DNA of 20,000 nt from an uncultured virus (IMG/VR IMGVR_UViG_3300036770_001202). Lineage: Duplodnaviria; Heunggongvirae; Uroviricota; Caudoviricetes. The stretch's first letter is position 1. Every line of letters starts with the position of its first letter. Positions 1-7,494 of this stretch are shown piece after piece. Location: the IMG/VR virus record IMGVR_UViG_3300036770_001202, one strand, 5' to 3'. Made by a program: the position numbers and the translations under genes. A model generated the notes under the pieces. The model searched no databases and was not told the origin of the DNA. It saw only the letters and a program-made list of their open reading frames with translations.

Positions 1-126
1 TTTAGTTCATCGGAGATTAGAAACCGTGTTTATGAATTAGAACACCAAAAGCGATTCGAAAAGAGTATTGAACAAGACATTGAACAGTATTCTCCTGGTT
101 TGTTAAAAAAATATAGTGAGAGGTAA
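1..126 (+). CDS. 3' end of upstream gene; possibly a small TagD/RfaE-like cytidylyltransferase (partial)
   Basis: Frame 1 is open to TAA at 124-126: [41 protein letters not shown]. 'FSSSEIR' resembles the C-terminal SS(S/T)xxR motif of HxGH cytidylyltransferases. Only 41 codons are visible. Confidence 0.4.
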   Translation, partial: FSSSEIRNRVYELEHQKRFEKSIEQDIEQYSPGLLKKYSER

Positions 127-128
127 TT

Positions 129-1199
129 ATGAGTAATTTCTTTAGTGATTTAGTGGAGCAATTGAAAGATGAAGATACTAAGATTCTTGCAGAGGGCGGA
201 GCATCCGCTGAGTTTAGCGGCTGCATCGATACTGGTTCGTATGCTCTTAATGCTTTGCTTAGTGGTAGCATCTATGGTGGTGTACCTAATAATAAAGTAA
301 CCGCATTTGCAGGTGAATCTGCAACAGGCAAGACTTTCTTTATGCTTGGTGTCATCAAACAATTTTTGGATGCAAATCCAGAAGGTGGTGTCATTTACTT
401 TGATACTGAAGCGGCAGTTACAAAGTCTATGATGGAAACTCGCGGTGTTGACACGAAGCGTGTTGTTATCTCTGAACCAGACACAATTCAGAAGTTTCGT
501 CATACCGCACTACAGATTGCGGAAAAGTATGCTGCACAGCCTGAAGCGAAGCGTAAGCCTATGATGATGGTGCTTGATTCGCTTGGTCAATTGTCTTCTA
601 CAAAAGAAATGGAAGATACCGCTGAAGGCAAAGAAACAAAAGACATGACGAAGGCTGCTATTCTTAAAGCAACTTTCCGTGTTCTCAATTTGAAACTTGC
701 AAAGATTGGTGTTCCTTTGCTTGTAACGAATCACGTTTATGACGTTGTTGGTGCATACATTCCGACAAAAGAAATGTCTGGTGGTTCTGGTCTTAAGTAT
801 ACTGCATCGACAATTGTATTCTTGTCGAAGAAGAAAGACAAAGATGGTACTGAAGTTGTTGGTAACATTGTCAAAGCAAAACTTGTCAAATCACGTTTGA
901 CAAAAGAAAATTCTACAGTTGAAGTAAAGATTACATACAGCAAAGGTCTCGACCGCTACTATGGTATACTCGACATTGCAGAGAAGTATGGCATCATCAA
1001 GAAAGTTTCTACTCGCTATGAACTTCCTGATGGCACTAAAATCTTTGGTAAGAACATCAATGAAGAACCTGAGAAGTATTTCACTAAAGAAATTCTAGAC
1101 CAGATTGACGCGGCATGTAGGAAAGAATTCCTGTATGGTCAAGACGGTGTTGCCTCAGTTGAAGATGAAGATGAGTTGGTGACTGAAAATGAAGATTAA
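129..1199 (+). CDS. uvsX: UvsX RecA-like recombinase
   Basis: Walker [14 protein letters not shown], Walker [14 protein letters not shown] and [18 protein letters not shown] upstream. T4-like order uvsX-40-41. Confidence 0.95.
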   Translation: MSNFFSDLVEQLKDEDTKILAEGGASAEFSGCIDTGSYALNALLSGSIYGGVPNNKVTAFAGESATGKTFFMLGVIKQFLDANPEGGVIYFDTEAAVTKSMMETRGVDTKRVVISEPDTIQKFRHTALQIAEKYAAQPEAKRKPMMMVLDSLGQLSSTKEMEDTAEGKETKDMTKAAILKATFRVLNLKLAKIGVPLLVTNHVYDVVGAYIPTKEMSGGSGLKYTASTIVFLSKKKDKDGTEVVGNIVKAKLVKSRLTKENSTVEVKITYSKGLDRYYGILDIAEKYGIIKKVSTRYELPDGTKIFGKNINEEPEKYFTKEILDQIDAACRKEFLYGQDGVASVEDEDELVTENED

Positions 1200-1530
1200 T
1201 CACGATTTTATTATTACCGACACCGATGTTCGTTATAGAAATCTAGACGTTGTTGCAACAGTAAAGATTATTGCCGGAGAATTCAAAGATGTTGAATTTC
1301 ATTTCGGTTCAATTAATATACCAGAAGAAGAAAATTCAGATGGCACCTTTACTTTATCATTCGACTATGATATAATTAGTGATCACAAGCACCTCAAAGA
1401 AAACGAAACCTTTGAGAATGCCCTTGGTGAAATTTTAAACAACATTCTCCTTCATTCTTTAGAAGAAGCGGAGAAAAGGTATAAGAATGAATCTAGAAAA
1501 GAAAATACTCAAACATCTGATATTGGATGA
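1189..1530 (+). CDS. Small acidic protein, positional equivalent of T4 gp40 (head vertex assembly chaperone)
   Basis: 113 aa acidic ORF overlapping both uvsX and gene 41, like T4 gene 40. Function inferred from position and size only. Confidence 0.55.
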   Translation: MKINHDFIITDTDVRYRNLDVVATVKIIAGEFKDVEFHFGSINIPEEENSDGTFTLSFDYDIISDHKHLKENETFENALGEILNNILLHSLEEAEKRYKNESRKENTQTSDIG

Positions 1531-2887
1531 TGAATATACTCGAAAAGTATTGCCGTTCATCAAGACGGAATACTTTTCTAATTCGTCAGAAAAACTTCTA
1601 TTCGAACAAGTCTCTGCATATGTGATGAAATACAATTCAATGCCAACGAAAGAAGCGTTGGTTATTGAAGTTGATAAAAAGATCAATCTCACAGACGAAC
1701 AACATAAGAAGACGATTGAACTTCTTCAGGAAGTTACTCAAGTAAGTGACGTTACAGACAGCAATTGGCTTATTGATGCTACAGAGGGCTTTTGTCAAGA
1801 GAAAGCAATCTACAATGGCATCATGCAGTCGATTCAAATTTTGGATAATAAAGATGGTAAACAGACGTTGGACAAGGGTGCGATCCCGGCGATCCTTGCG
1901 GACGCTCTCTCGGTTTCTTTTGATCATCATGTTGGTCATGACTTTATCGATGACGCTGAAAATCGTTTCGATTTTTATCACCGAGTCGAAAAGCGAATTC
2001 CGTTCGACCTCGACTACCTTAATCGTATAACGAAGAATGGGTTGCCCCCTAAATCTTTGAACATCGTGCTTGCAGGCACTGGTGTTGGTAAGTCTTTGTT
2101 CATGTGTCATTGTGCAGCAGCAAATCTTAACATTGGTAAAAATGTGTTGTATATTACACTTGAAATGGCTGAAGAGAGAATCGCAGAACGTATTGATGCA
2201 AACTTAATGAACGTTGAAGTTGATAAACTTATTGCACTACCAAAAGAATCTTTCATGACTAAGGTTGATCGTATTCGTGAAAAGACTGCTGGTAAGTTGA
2301 TTATCAAAGAATATCCAACTGCAAGTGCTAACGTTTCACACTTTAAGCATTTGTTGAATGAACTCAAACTCAAGCGTCAATTCGTTCCTGATATCATCTA
2401 TATCGACTATTTGAATATCTGCGCCAGCGCACGAATGAAGATGGGTGCTTCAGTAAACTCCTACACTTATATCAAAGCGATTGCAGAAGAACTCCGTGGT
2501 CTTGCTGTAGAATACAATCTACCAATCGTATCTGCAACACAGACAACTCGCGGTGGATATCAAAACACCGATGTGGAACTTACAGACACTTCAGAATCAT
2601 TTGGTCTGCCGGCGACAGCAGACTTGATGTTTGCTTTGATTAGTACCGAAGAACTTGAAGACTTGAATCAGATTATGGTTAAGCAGTTGAAGAATCGTTA
2701 TAACGATCCAACAACAAACAAGCGTTTTGTAATTGGTGTTGATCGTGCGAAGATGAGACTTTATGATGTAGAACAATCCGCACAGACTGATATCATTGAT
2801 AGCGGTCAAGATGACGGTCCAGCATTTGACAAAACAGATTTTGGACGTAGAGATAAACAACGTAACTTTGAGGGGTTTAAAGTATGA
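1487..2887 (+). CDS. 41: DnaB-like replicative helicase gp41
   Basis: Walker A AGTGVGKS, YITLEMAEE, LIIKEYPT, IYIDYLNI, SATQTTR, SESFGLPATAD and KQLKNRY, all typical T4 gp41 motifs. Confidence 0.96.
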   Translation: MNLEKKILKHLILDDEYTRKVLPFIKTEYFSNSSEKLLFEQVSAYVMKYNSMPTKEALVIEVDKKINLTDEQHKKTIELLQEVTQVSDVTDSNWLIDATEGFCQEKAIYNGIMQSIQILDNKDGKQTLDKGAIPAILADALSVSFDHHVGHDFIDDAENRFDFYHRVEKRIPFDLDYLNRITKNGLPPKSLNIVLAGTGVGKSLFMCHCAAANLNIGKNVLYITLEMAEERIAERIDANLMNVEVDKLIALPKESFMTKVDRIREKTAGKLIIKEYPTASANVSHFKHLLNELKLKRQFVPDIIYIDYLNICASARMKMGASVNSYTYIKAIAEELRGLAVEYNLPIVSATQTTRGGYQNTDVELTDTSESFGLPATADLMFALISTEELEDLNQIMVKQLKNRYNDPTTNKRFVIGVDRAKMRLYDVEQSAQTDIIDSGQDDGPAFDKTDFGRRDKQRNFEGFKV

Positions 2888-3126
2888 GAACTATTCCTGA
2901 AATTGTAGAAGAAATGAAGCAACTAATCGCAGAACTGGAATCACACACTGGTCTTCCTGCAAAGAAAACTGATCCGTATACACAGGTTTCCGATGACACT
3001 ATCAAGTTTACTTTTGATAACATGAATACCGGTGATTATACGTTTTCACATTATGAAAATATGGGTGATATCACCTTAGGGTCGGTAGGTTCAGATACCA
3101 TAACGCTAGGACCCATTAAAAACTAA
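2884..3126 (+). CDS. Hypothetical protein
   Basis: 80 aa ORF with ATGA overlap on the gene 41 stop and GAGG upstream. Confidence 0.7.
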   Translation: MRTIPEIVEEMKQLIAELESHTGLPAKKTDPYTQVSDDTIKFTFDNMNTGDYTFSHYENMGDITLGSVGSDTITLGPIKN

Positions 3127-3151
3127 ATACCGAGAGTGTTGGGTAAAAAAC

Positions 3152-3171
3152 TACTGTATGGGTATACAGTA
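3152..3171. promoter_or_regulatory. LexA (SOS) box-like operator TACTGTATGGGTATACAGTA
   Basis: 20-bp palindrome TA-CTGT-N8-ACAG-TA matching the Beta/Gammaproteobacterial LexA consensus, directly adjacent to a -35 box. Confidence 0.75.
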
Positions 3172-3200
3172 TTGACAAACCCTTATAAATGATGTATCAT
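3172..3200 (+). promoter_or_regulatory. Sigma70-type early promoter
   Basis: TTGACA (3172-3177), 17-bp spacer, TATCAT (3195-3200), 22 nt upstream of ATG 3223. Confidence 0.8.
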
Positions 3201-3222
3201 ATTGCTTGAAATAGAGGTTTAT

Positions 3223-3714
3223 ATGAAGATCACTTTAAGGACTAAAAACGGTGCTGTTCTTACCACCTTTGAACGAAAGTTGGTAAAGTTGGCTGCTATG
3301 TTTTACGCCAATAAATTGATGACTCCTAGAATGGTAAACTCTTTGGGGCTTGTGATAAACGTTCACAAAGATTACCATACTAAAACCGGATATCTAGGTG
3401 ACGTAGTTCCTACGGACGATGATGTAACTTCCCGACCAAAGGAATTTGAAATCAATCTAGATTTACCAAAGAGGTTCAAAAGACTTCTTATTTCGCTTGG
3501 GCATGAAATGGTTCACGTTAAGCAGTATGCAAAGGGTGAATTGAAATTTCATGAAAGAGGAAACGTAGTTACTTTTCAGAAACAACAATACACGGATGAT
3601 GAATATTGGGAATCTCCTTGGGAGATTGAAGCATATGGACGAGAACCTGGACTCTGGCAAAAATTCAAACCAACCTACCGACTCCTTCTGGCAGAAAATC
3701 GAAACAAAGGTTGA
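3223..3714 (+). CDS. Zincin-like HExxH metallopeptidase
   Basis: GHEMVHVKQY (HExxH) plus YWESPWEIEAY with a probable third ligand Glu. Start moved to ATG 3223 because of GAGG RBS at 3214-3217. Confidence 0.8.
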   Translation: MKITLRTKNGAVLTTFERKLVKLAAMFYANKLMTPRMVNSLGLVINVHKDYHTKTGYLGDVVPTDDDVTSRPKEFEINLDLPKRFKRLLISLGHEMVHVKQYAKGELKFHERGNVVTFQKQQYTDDEYWESPWEIEAYGREPGLWQKFKPTYRLLLAENRNKG

Positions 3715-3988
3715 ACAGATACAATCTGTTACCGTAAAAAGTTTCGGTGAAGTCTGCGGCTGGATAGGTCTGGTGTTGATTCACGGATCAACTGTACCAG
3801 TCACACTTTCTGCACTAGCAGGACAAGCAGTATTACTGCCTCCTATTAGTATGGTTTTGTTGATTTGGTCAGGACTATTACTGTTTTTCATTCGATCTGC
3901 AATTCAAAAAGATCGATTGTATATGGTAAGTAATGGTGTTGGTTTCTTCCTGCAAAGTGTGGTTCTTGCGCTACTAGTTTTTAAATGA
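3635..3988 (+). CDS. Small membrane protein with about 3 TM helices, SemiSWEET/PQ-loop-like pattern
   Basis: Three hydrophobic segments (GWIGLVLIHGSTVP; SMVLLIWSGLLLFFI; KDRLYMVSNGVGFFLQSVVLALLVF). GGAG at 3621-3624 favours ATG 3635. Confidence 0.65.
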   Translation: MDENLDSGKNSNQPTDSFWQKIETKVEQIQSVTVKSFGEVCGWIGLVLIHGSTVPVTLSALAGQAVLLPPISMVLLIWSGLLLFFIRSAIQKDRLYMVSNGVGFFLQSVVLALLVFK

Positions 3989-4116
3989 AACGGTGCTGCA
4001 ACTTTGATTGTAGACAAGGGCGTGACTGCCCTAATAGAAAGGCGTATGATGTAAATCCTATGTGGATTGCAATTGCCTTTGTGATTGTTGCGATTATATC
4101 ATTTATTTCATTATGA
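3985..4116 (+). CDS. Small Cys-rich membrane-anchored protein (43 aa, absent from ORF track)
   Basis: MKRCCNFDCRQGRDCPNRKAYDVNPMWIAIAFVIVAIISFISL*, with ATGA overlaps at both ends (3985-3988 and 4113-4116). Confidence 0.7.
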   Translation: MKRCCNFDCRQGRDCPNRKAYDVNPMWIAIAFVIVAIISFISL

Positions 4117-4493
4117 TGATCATTCATACACATTTTAAAAAACCCAAGCAAAAGAAAAAGCCAGGATGGCAAAAAGCACAAGCCGAATATGATGCATGGC
4201 TGCGGTCTGTCGGCGTAAATCCAAATCAGAAAAAAGTGAAGCGAGAGTTTATACCTTATGTACCGGAACCAGCAAAGCCGAATTACAGAGAGACAAAACA
4301 CATACCAAGCCTTTCGGAAAAGGATGCAGTATCTAAACTACAAAGCATTCGTGGACAAAGCCAGACTCCAAAACAAGAGCCCAAAGTCTACACCGGAACT
4401 CGACTCATCGGCATTGGTATGTTGCATAAGTCAAATCTAGTACCAATCTTTAGCAAAGAAGAAGCCGAAGATCAAGCAAAGATGCGAAGATAA
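4113..4493 (+). CDS. Conserved basic hypothetical protein of T4-like phages
   Basis: Start reassigned to ATG 4113 (coupled to the upstream stop). C-terminal VYTGTRLIGIGMLHKSNLVPIFS...AKMRR is a motif I recall from T4-like phage hypotheticals. Confidence 0.7.
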   Translation: MMIIHTHFKKPKQKKKPGWQKAQAEYDAWLRSVGVNPNQKKVKREFIPYVPEPAKPNYRETKHIPSLSEKDAVSKLQSIRGQSQTPKQEPKVYTGTRLIGIGMLHKSNLVPIFSKEEAEDQAKMRR

Positions 4494-4508
4494 GTGGTAA
4501 CAAATTAT

Positions 4509-4516
4509 TATAAATA
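4509..4516 (+). promoter_or_regulatory. T4-type late promoter TATAAATA
   Basis: Exact gp55 late consensus, intergenic, about 40 nt upstream of ATG 4556. Confidence 0.8.
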
Positions 4517-4543
4517 AGCCTGTAATCAAATACAGGCTTTTTT
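4516..4543 (+). terminator. Rho-independent terminator of the early operon
   Basis: Stem AAGCCTGTA/TACAGGCTT, loop ATCAAA, followed by a T-run. Confidence 0.75.
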
Positions 4544-4555
4544 GTTTGGAAAACA

Positions 4556-5782
4556 ATGAAATTTAAAGAATATCTTTTAGAGCAGAAAAATACGCACATG
4601 GAACATGCTGAGGACGATGTTCTCAATCATGGCGTAGAAGGAACTCGCAACAGTATTAACGCACTCAGAGCGGTGCGTGATATGCTTGCTGGTCACTCGG
4701 AAAAGAAGGTTGACGTAACAGTTAAATGGGACGGCGCGCCAGCAATTTTCGCAGGACAGGACCCTGGTGACGGAAAGTTTTTCGTTGCTAAAAAGGGTGT
4801 GTTCAATAAGAATCCAAAAGTATACAAAACGTTCGCAGAAATTGATGATGACACTTCAGGCGACTTAGCAGATAAACTCAAAGCGTGTTTGATGTGGCTG
4901 CCAAAGATTGGAATTAAAGGCGTCATTCAAGGCGACTTACTATTTACCCAATCCGACTTAAAGACAGCATCAATCGATGGTGAAGAGTATATAACATTTC
5001 ATCCAAACACAATCGTATATGCAGTTCCCTCAAAAAGTGAACTTGCTAGAAGTATCAAATCTGCTAAAATTGGCATTGTATGGCATACGTTTTACGAAGG
5101 TGATTCGTTCGAAACAATGTCAGCAGTATTTGGTAAAGACATTTTATCCACACTTAAGAAAGACCGAAATGTGTGGATGACAGACGTAGACTATAAGGAT
5201 GTGTCTGGCAAAGCAACAATGACAAAAGAAGAGACTGAAAAAGTGACGGCAATTCTATCCGAAGCAGGTAGAATATTTCAGAAATTAGATGCTACAATAT
5301 TAAATGCAATTAAAGACGATGAAGAACTCTTGATGCGTATTAAGACATTTAACAATACTAAGATAAGAGCAAGACTACAAATTACAGACGTAAGAAAGCA
5401 TGTTCAAGAGTTAATCGATTACATACAAGAAGTATATACAAAAGAAGAAGAAAGTAAGAAGAGCGAAAAGGGTAAATTGTCCGTCACCCTTAAACGCAAT
5501 CGCATTTTGAGATTTTTCTCTGCGAGAAACAAAACATCACTTGAAAACATCTTTACCATGATGAACTTGCTTGCTGAAGCAAAGTTGATTCTGATTAAGA
5601 AACTAGACGAAGTGAAAAATTTACACACATTCTTGCTTACAAAGAATGGCTATGAAGTCACGGGTGTCGAGGGCTACGTTGCTATCGACAAATTAAAAGG
5701 TAACGCAGTTAAACTGGTAGACAGACTGCAATTCAGTTATGCGAACTTTTCGCCTGACGTAATCAAAGGATGGCAACGATAA
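4556..5782 (+). CDS. Conserved T4-like protein (DUF6267-like) with ATP-dependent ligase/covalent nucleotidyltransferase motifs
   Basis: TVKWDG (motif I KxDG), IQGDLL (III), VEGYVA (IV) and AVKLVDR (V). N-terminus MKFKEYLLE resembles a T4 capsid-targeting sequence. Confidence 0.7.
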   Translation: MKFKEYLLEQKNTHMEHAEDDVLNHGVEGTRNSINALRAVRDMLAGHSEKKVDVTVKWDGAPAIFAGQDPGDGKFFVAKKGVFNKNPKVYKTFAEIDDDTSGDLADKLKACLMWLPKIGIKGVIQGDLLFTQSDLKTASIDGEEYITFHPNTIVYAVPSKSELARSIKSAKIGIVWHTFYEGDSFETMSAVFGKDILSTLKKDRNVWMTDVDYKDVSGKATMTKEETEKVTAILSEAGRIFQKLDATILNAIKDDEELLMRIKTFNNTKIRARLQITDVRKHVQELIDYIQEVYTKEEESKKSEKGKLSVTLKRNRILRFFSARNKTSLENIFTMMNLLAEAKLILIKKLDEVKNLHTFLLTKNGYEVTGVEGYVAIDKLKGNAVKLVDRLQFSYANFSPDVIKGWQR

Positions 5783-6531
5783 TGTATTTACGATTCTTAG
5801 AAGAAGAAAGACTTGCAATTGCTAGAGGACTTGTTAGAGACACCACATTCATTCACAAGTTTGGTGCGGTTCCAGCAATGTCAACTGGAACTACAGGAAC
5901 GATATGGGATGTAAATGATACTCTGTATCCTTGGAGTGCATTCGATACTGCTGGCATACTAACTGTTCAAACTGTTGCATCCAATGGCACACCAAGTACC
6001 GCAGATGATGGAAAAACGATTACTATATTTGGGCTAGACGCAAATTTCAATGTTCAGTCGGAAACAATTACCATTGCTGCTGGAGTTGGAACAGGAACTT
6101 TAAGTTTCAAGAGAGTTTATCGTGCATATACAAGCGGACAGAATTCAACTATTTTTAAAGTTTCTAGAGGTGGAACTGAAGTTTTAAGAATTAATATTGG
6201 AAATGCACAGACACTTATGGCAATTTATACTGTGCCAAATGACTACACAGGATATTTAATGAAAGGTGTTGCTTCGGTTCAAGCCGGCGGTGATGCGACC
6301 GGAAACATGTTTGTTAGATACGATACTGAACCAGGTCCATTTCGAGTTGGACATTCATTTGAAGTGTCTGGAACTGGTGGAGAATATGAATATGAATTTA
6401 GTGTTCCTTTGCCTTTACCAGAAAAAACTGATATTGATGTTCGAGGAACCATGAGAACAAATAATGCTAGAATGACTGTTGCCTTTGATATTATTCTCAT
6501 AAAGAACAACGGTACAGGTGAACGAGCCTAA
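5770..6531 (+). CDS. Beta-rich (Thr/Gly-rich) probable virion-associated protein
   Basis: 253 aa, with LAIARG...IHKFG...TIWD N-terminal pattern and beta-strand composition. Function unknown. Confidence 0.55.
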   Translation: MATIMYLRFLEEERLAIARGLVRDTTFIHKFGAVPAMSTGTTGTIWDVNDTLYPWSAFDTAGILTVQTVASNGTPSTADDGKTITIFGLDANFNVQSETITIAAGVGTGTLSFKRVYRAYTSGQNSTIFKVSRGGTEVLRINIGNAQTLMAIYTVPNDYTGYLMKGVASVQAGGDATGNMFVRYDTEPGPFRVGHSFEVSGTGGEYEYEFSVPLPLPEKTDIDVRGTMRTNNARMTVAFDIILIKNNGTGERA

Positions 6532-6604
6532 AGCATACCTAGGAGGTTTCCGGCTGGACACCTTTATGTATAAAAATAAGAATTTCTAGAAAAGAGGAAA
6601 TCAG

Positions 6605-7423
6605 ATGGCAGCATCAGAAGGCGTAGATTTAGAATGGGCAATTGTTGAATATTCGCGCATCAAATTAAACAAACAACGTGCAGTAACCAAAACATATTCC
6701 TCTAAGATCAAGCAGCAAGCGGAACAATGTGTCGCACACATTTTCAAAGAAGTGGGTAAGACATTTGATATCTACCACTCAGACGAAGATGTTCCGGGCA
6801 TAGGATCGATTTACGCAAAGCCAGAACCGAAGACAGATATTTGTATATTTACCAAGAGTAAGAAGTATTTTGTATCAGTAAAAATGGAAGGTGGCATTCA
6901 GTTAGCATCTGGTCAAGGCGCATCAACAGCAGAACTATTTGAATCCGCAGCAGACGCACTAAAAAATCCTACACAAAAGAAAGTTTTATCTTCTATTGTC
7001 AAAGAATTGAAGACAATGCCAACCCGTTTGCTTTCAATGGGCAATTATGACAGAATTATTTCAGAAGGTAATGAAAAAATCATCAATGAGTTTATCAAAA
7101 AAGGTAAAATCATTCAGGACAAAAGTTACGAATATTGGTTAGAGAATAACAAGCCGCATCTTCTTGGTTCTTTGCTTAAATTTGTCAAAGCAAACGATGA
7201 TTATTATGACGCTATCATTTACGAAGCGTTGACGGGTCAGAAAACACTCAATCAATTCAAAGGCGCAGTCGCAAATTCCATCATTTCTCCGTCAGGATTC
7301 TATGAAATTAATGATGCATATGTGCAAAAACTCAAACCGAAGATCAAAATGGACCTCAGAGCGAAGTCTAGAGGTGGAATTTCGTCAATTGCATTCAGAA
7401 TTGAGACTAAAGGAAGTGTTTAA
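6605..7423 (+). CDS. PD-(D/E)XK restriction-endonuclease-like protein
   Basis: N-terminal helix Glu (DLEWAI), EPKTDI, then VSVK...GGIQLASG (S-x-K variant of the D/E-x-K motif). GAGG RBS upstream. Confidence 0.6.
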   Translation: MAASEGVDLEWAIVEYSRIKLNKQRAVTKTYSSKIKQQAEQCVAHIFKEVGKTFDIYHSDEDVPGIGSIYAKPEPKTDICIFTKSKKYFVSVKMEGGIQLASGQGASTAELFESAADALKNPTQKKVLSSIVKELKTMPTRLLSMGNYDRIISEGNEKIINEFIKKGKIIQDKSYEYWLENNKPHLLGSLLKFVKANDDYYDAIIYEALTGQKTLNQFKGAVANSIISPSGFYEINDAYVQKLKPKIKMDLRAKSRGGISSIAFRIETKGSV

Positions 7424-7431
7424 TATAAATA
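7424..7431 (+). promoter_or_regulatory. T4-type late promoter TATAAATA
   Basis: Exact consensus immediately after the nuclease stop codon. Confidence 0.8.
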
Positions 7432-7440
7432 AAGCAGTAA

Positions 7441-7494
7441 CGCAGTTAGGTTAAGACAAACCTGCGGTTTTGGATCAGTCTAAGGAAAACTCCA
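7441..7494 (+). promoter_or_regulatory. Tandem structured 5'-UTR element (two similar hairpins) covering the RBS
   Basis: CGCAG-TTA-G-GT-TAAG-AC-AAA-C-CTGCG and TGGA-TCA-G-TC-TAAG-GA-AAA-C-TCCA share architecture with compensatory changes. The second contains the AAGGA RBS and the A of the ATG. Confidence 0.6.

Noticed and set aside
129..2887. Inteins or introns in uvsX or gene 41
   Set aside because: Both proteins are normal length with contiguous motifs.
3123..3190. Late-promoter-like CTAAATA (3123-3129) and TATAAATG (3184-3191) around the SOS-box promoter
   Set aside because: Imperfect matches in AT-rich sequence. The genome's clear late promoters here are exact TATAAATA, so these were not called.
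4062..4112. Cys-rich N-terminus MDCNCLCDCCDY of the 143-aa ORF (metallothionein-like)
   Set aside because: It is an out-of-frame shadow of the TM segment of the real 43-aa ORF (3985-4116). The coupled ATG at 4113 is the better start.
6544..6563. Hairpin AGGT-T-TCC-GGCT-GGA-C-ACCT and TATAAAAA upstream of the nuclease
   Set aside because: The stem is interrupted with a poor U-tract and the late-promoter match is imperfect. Too weak to call.
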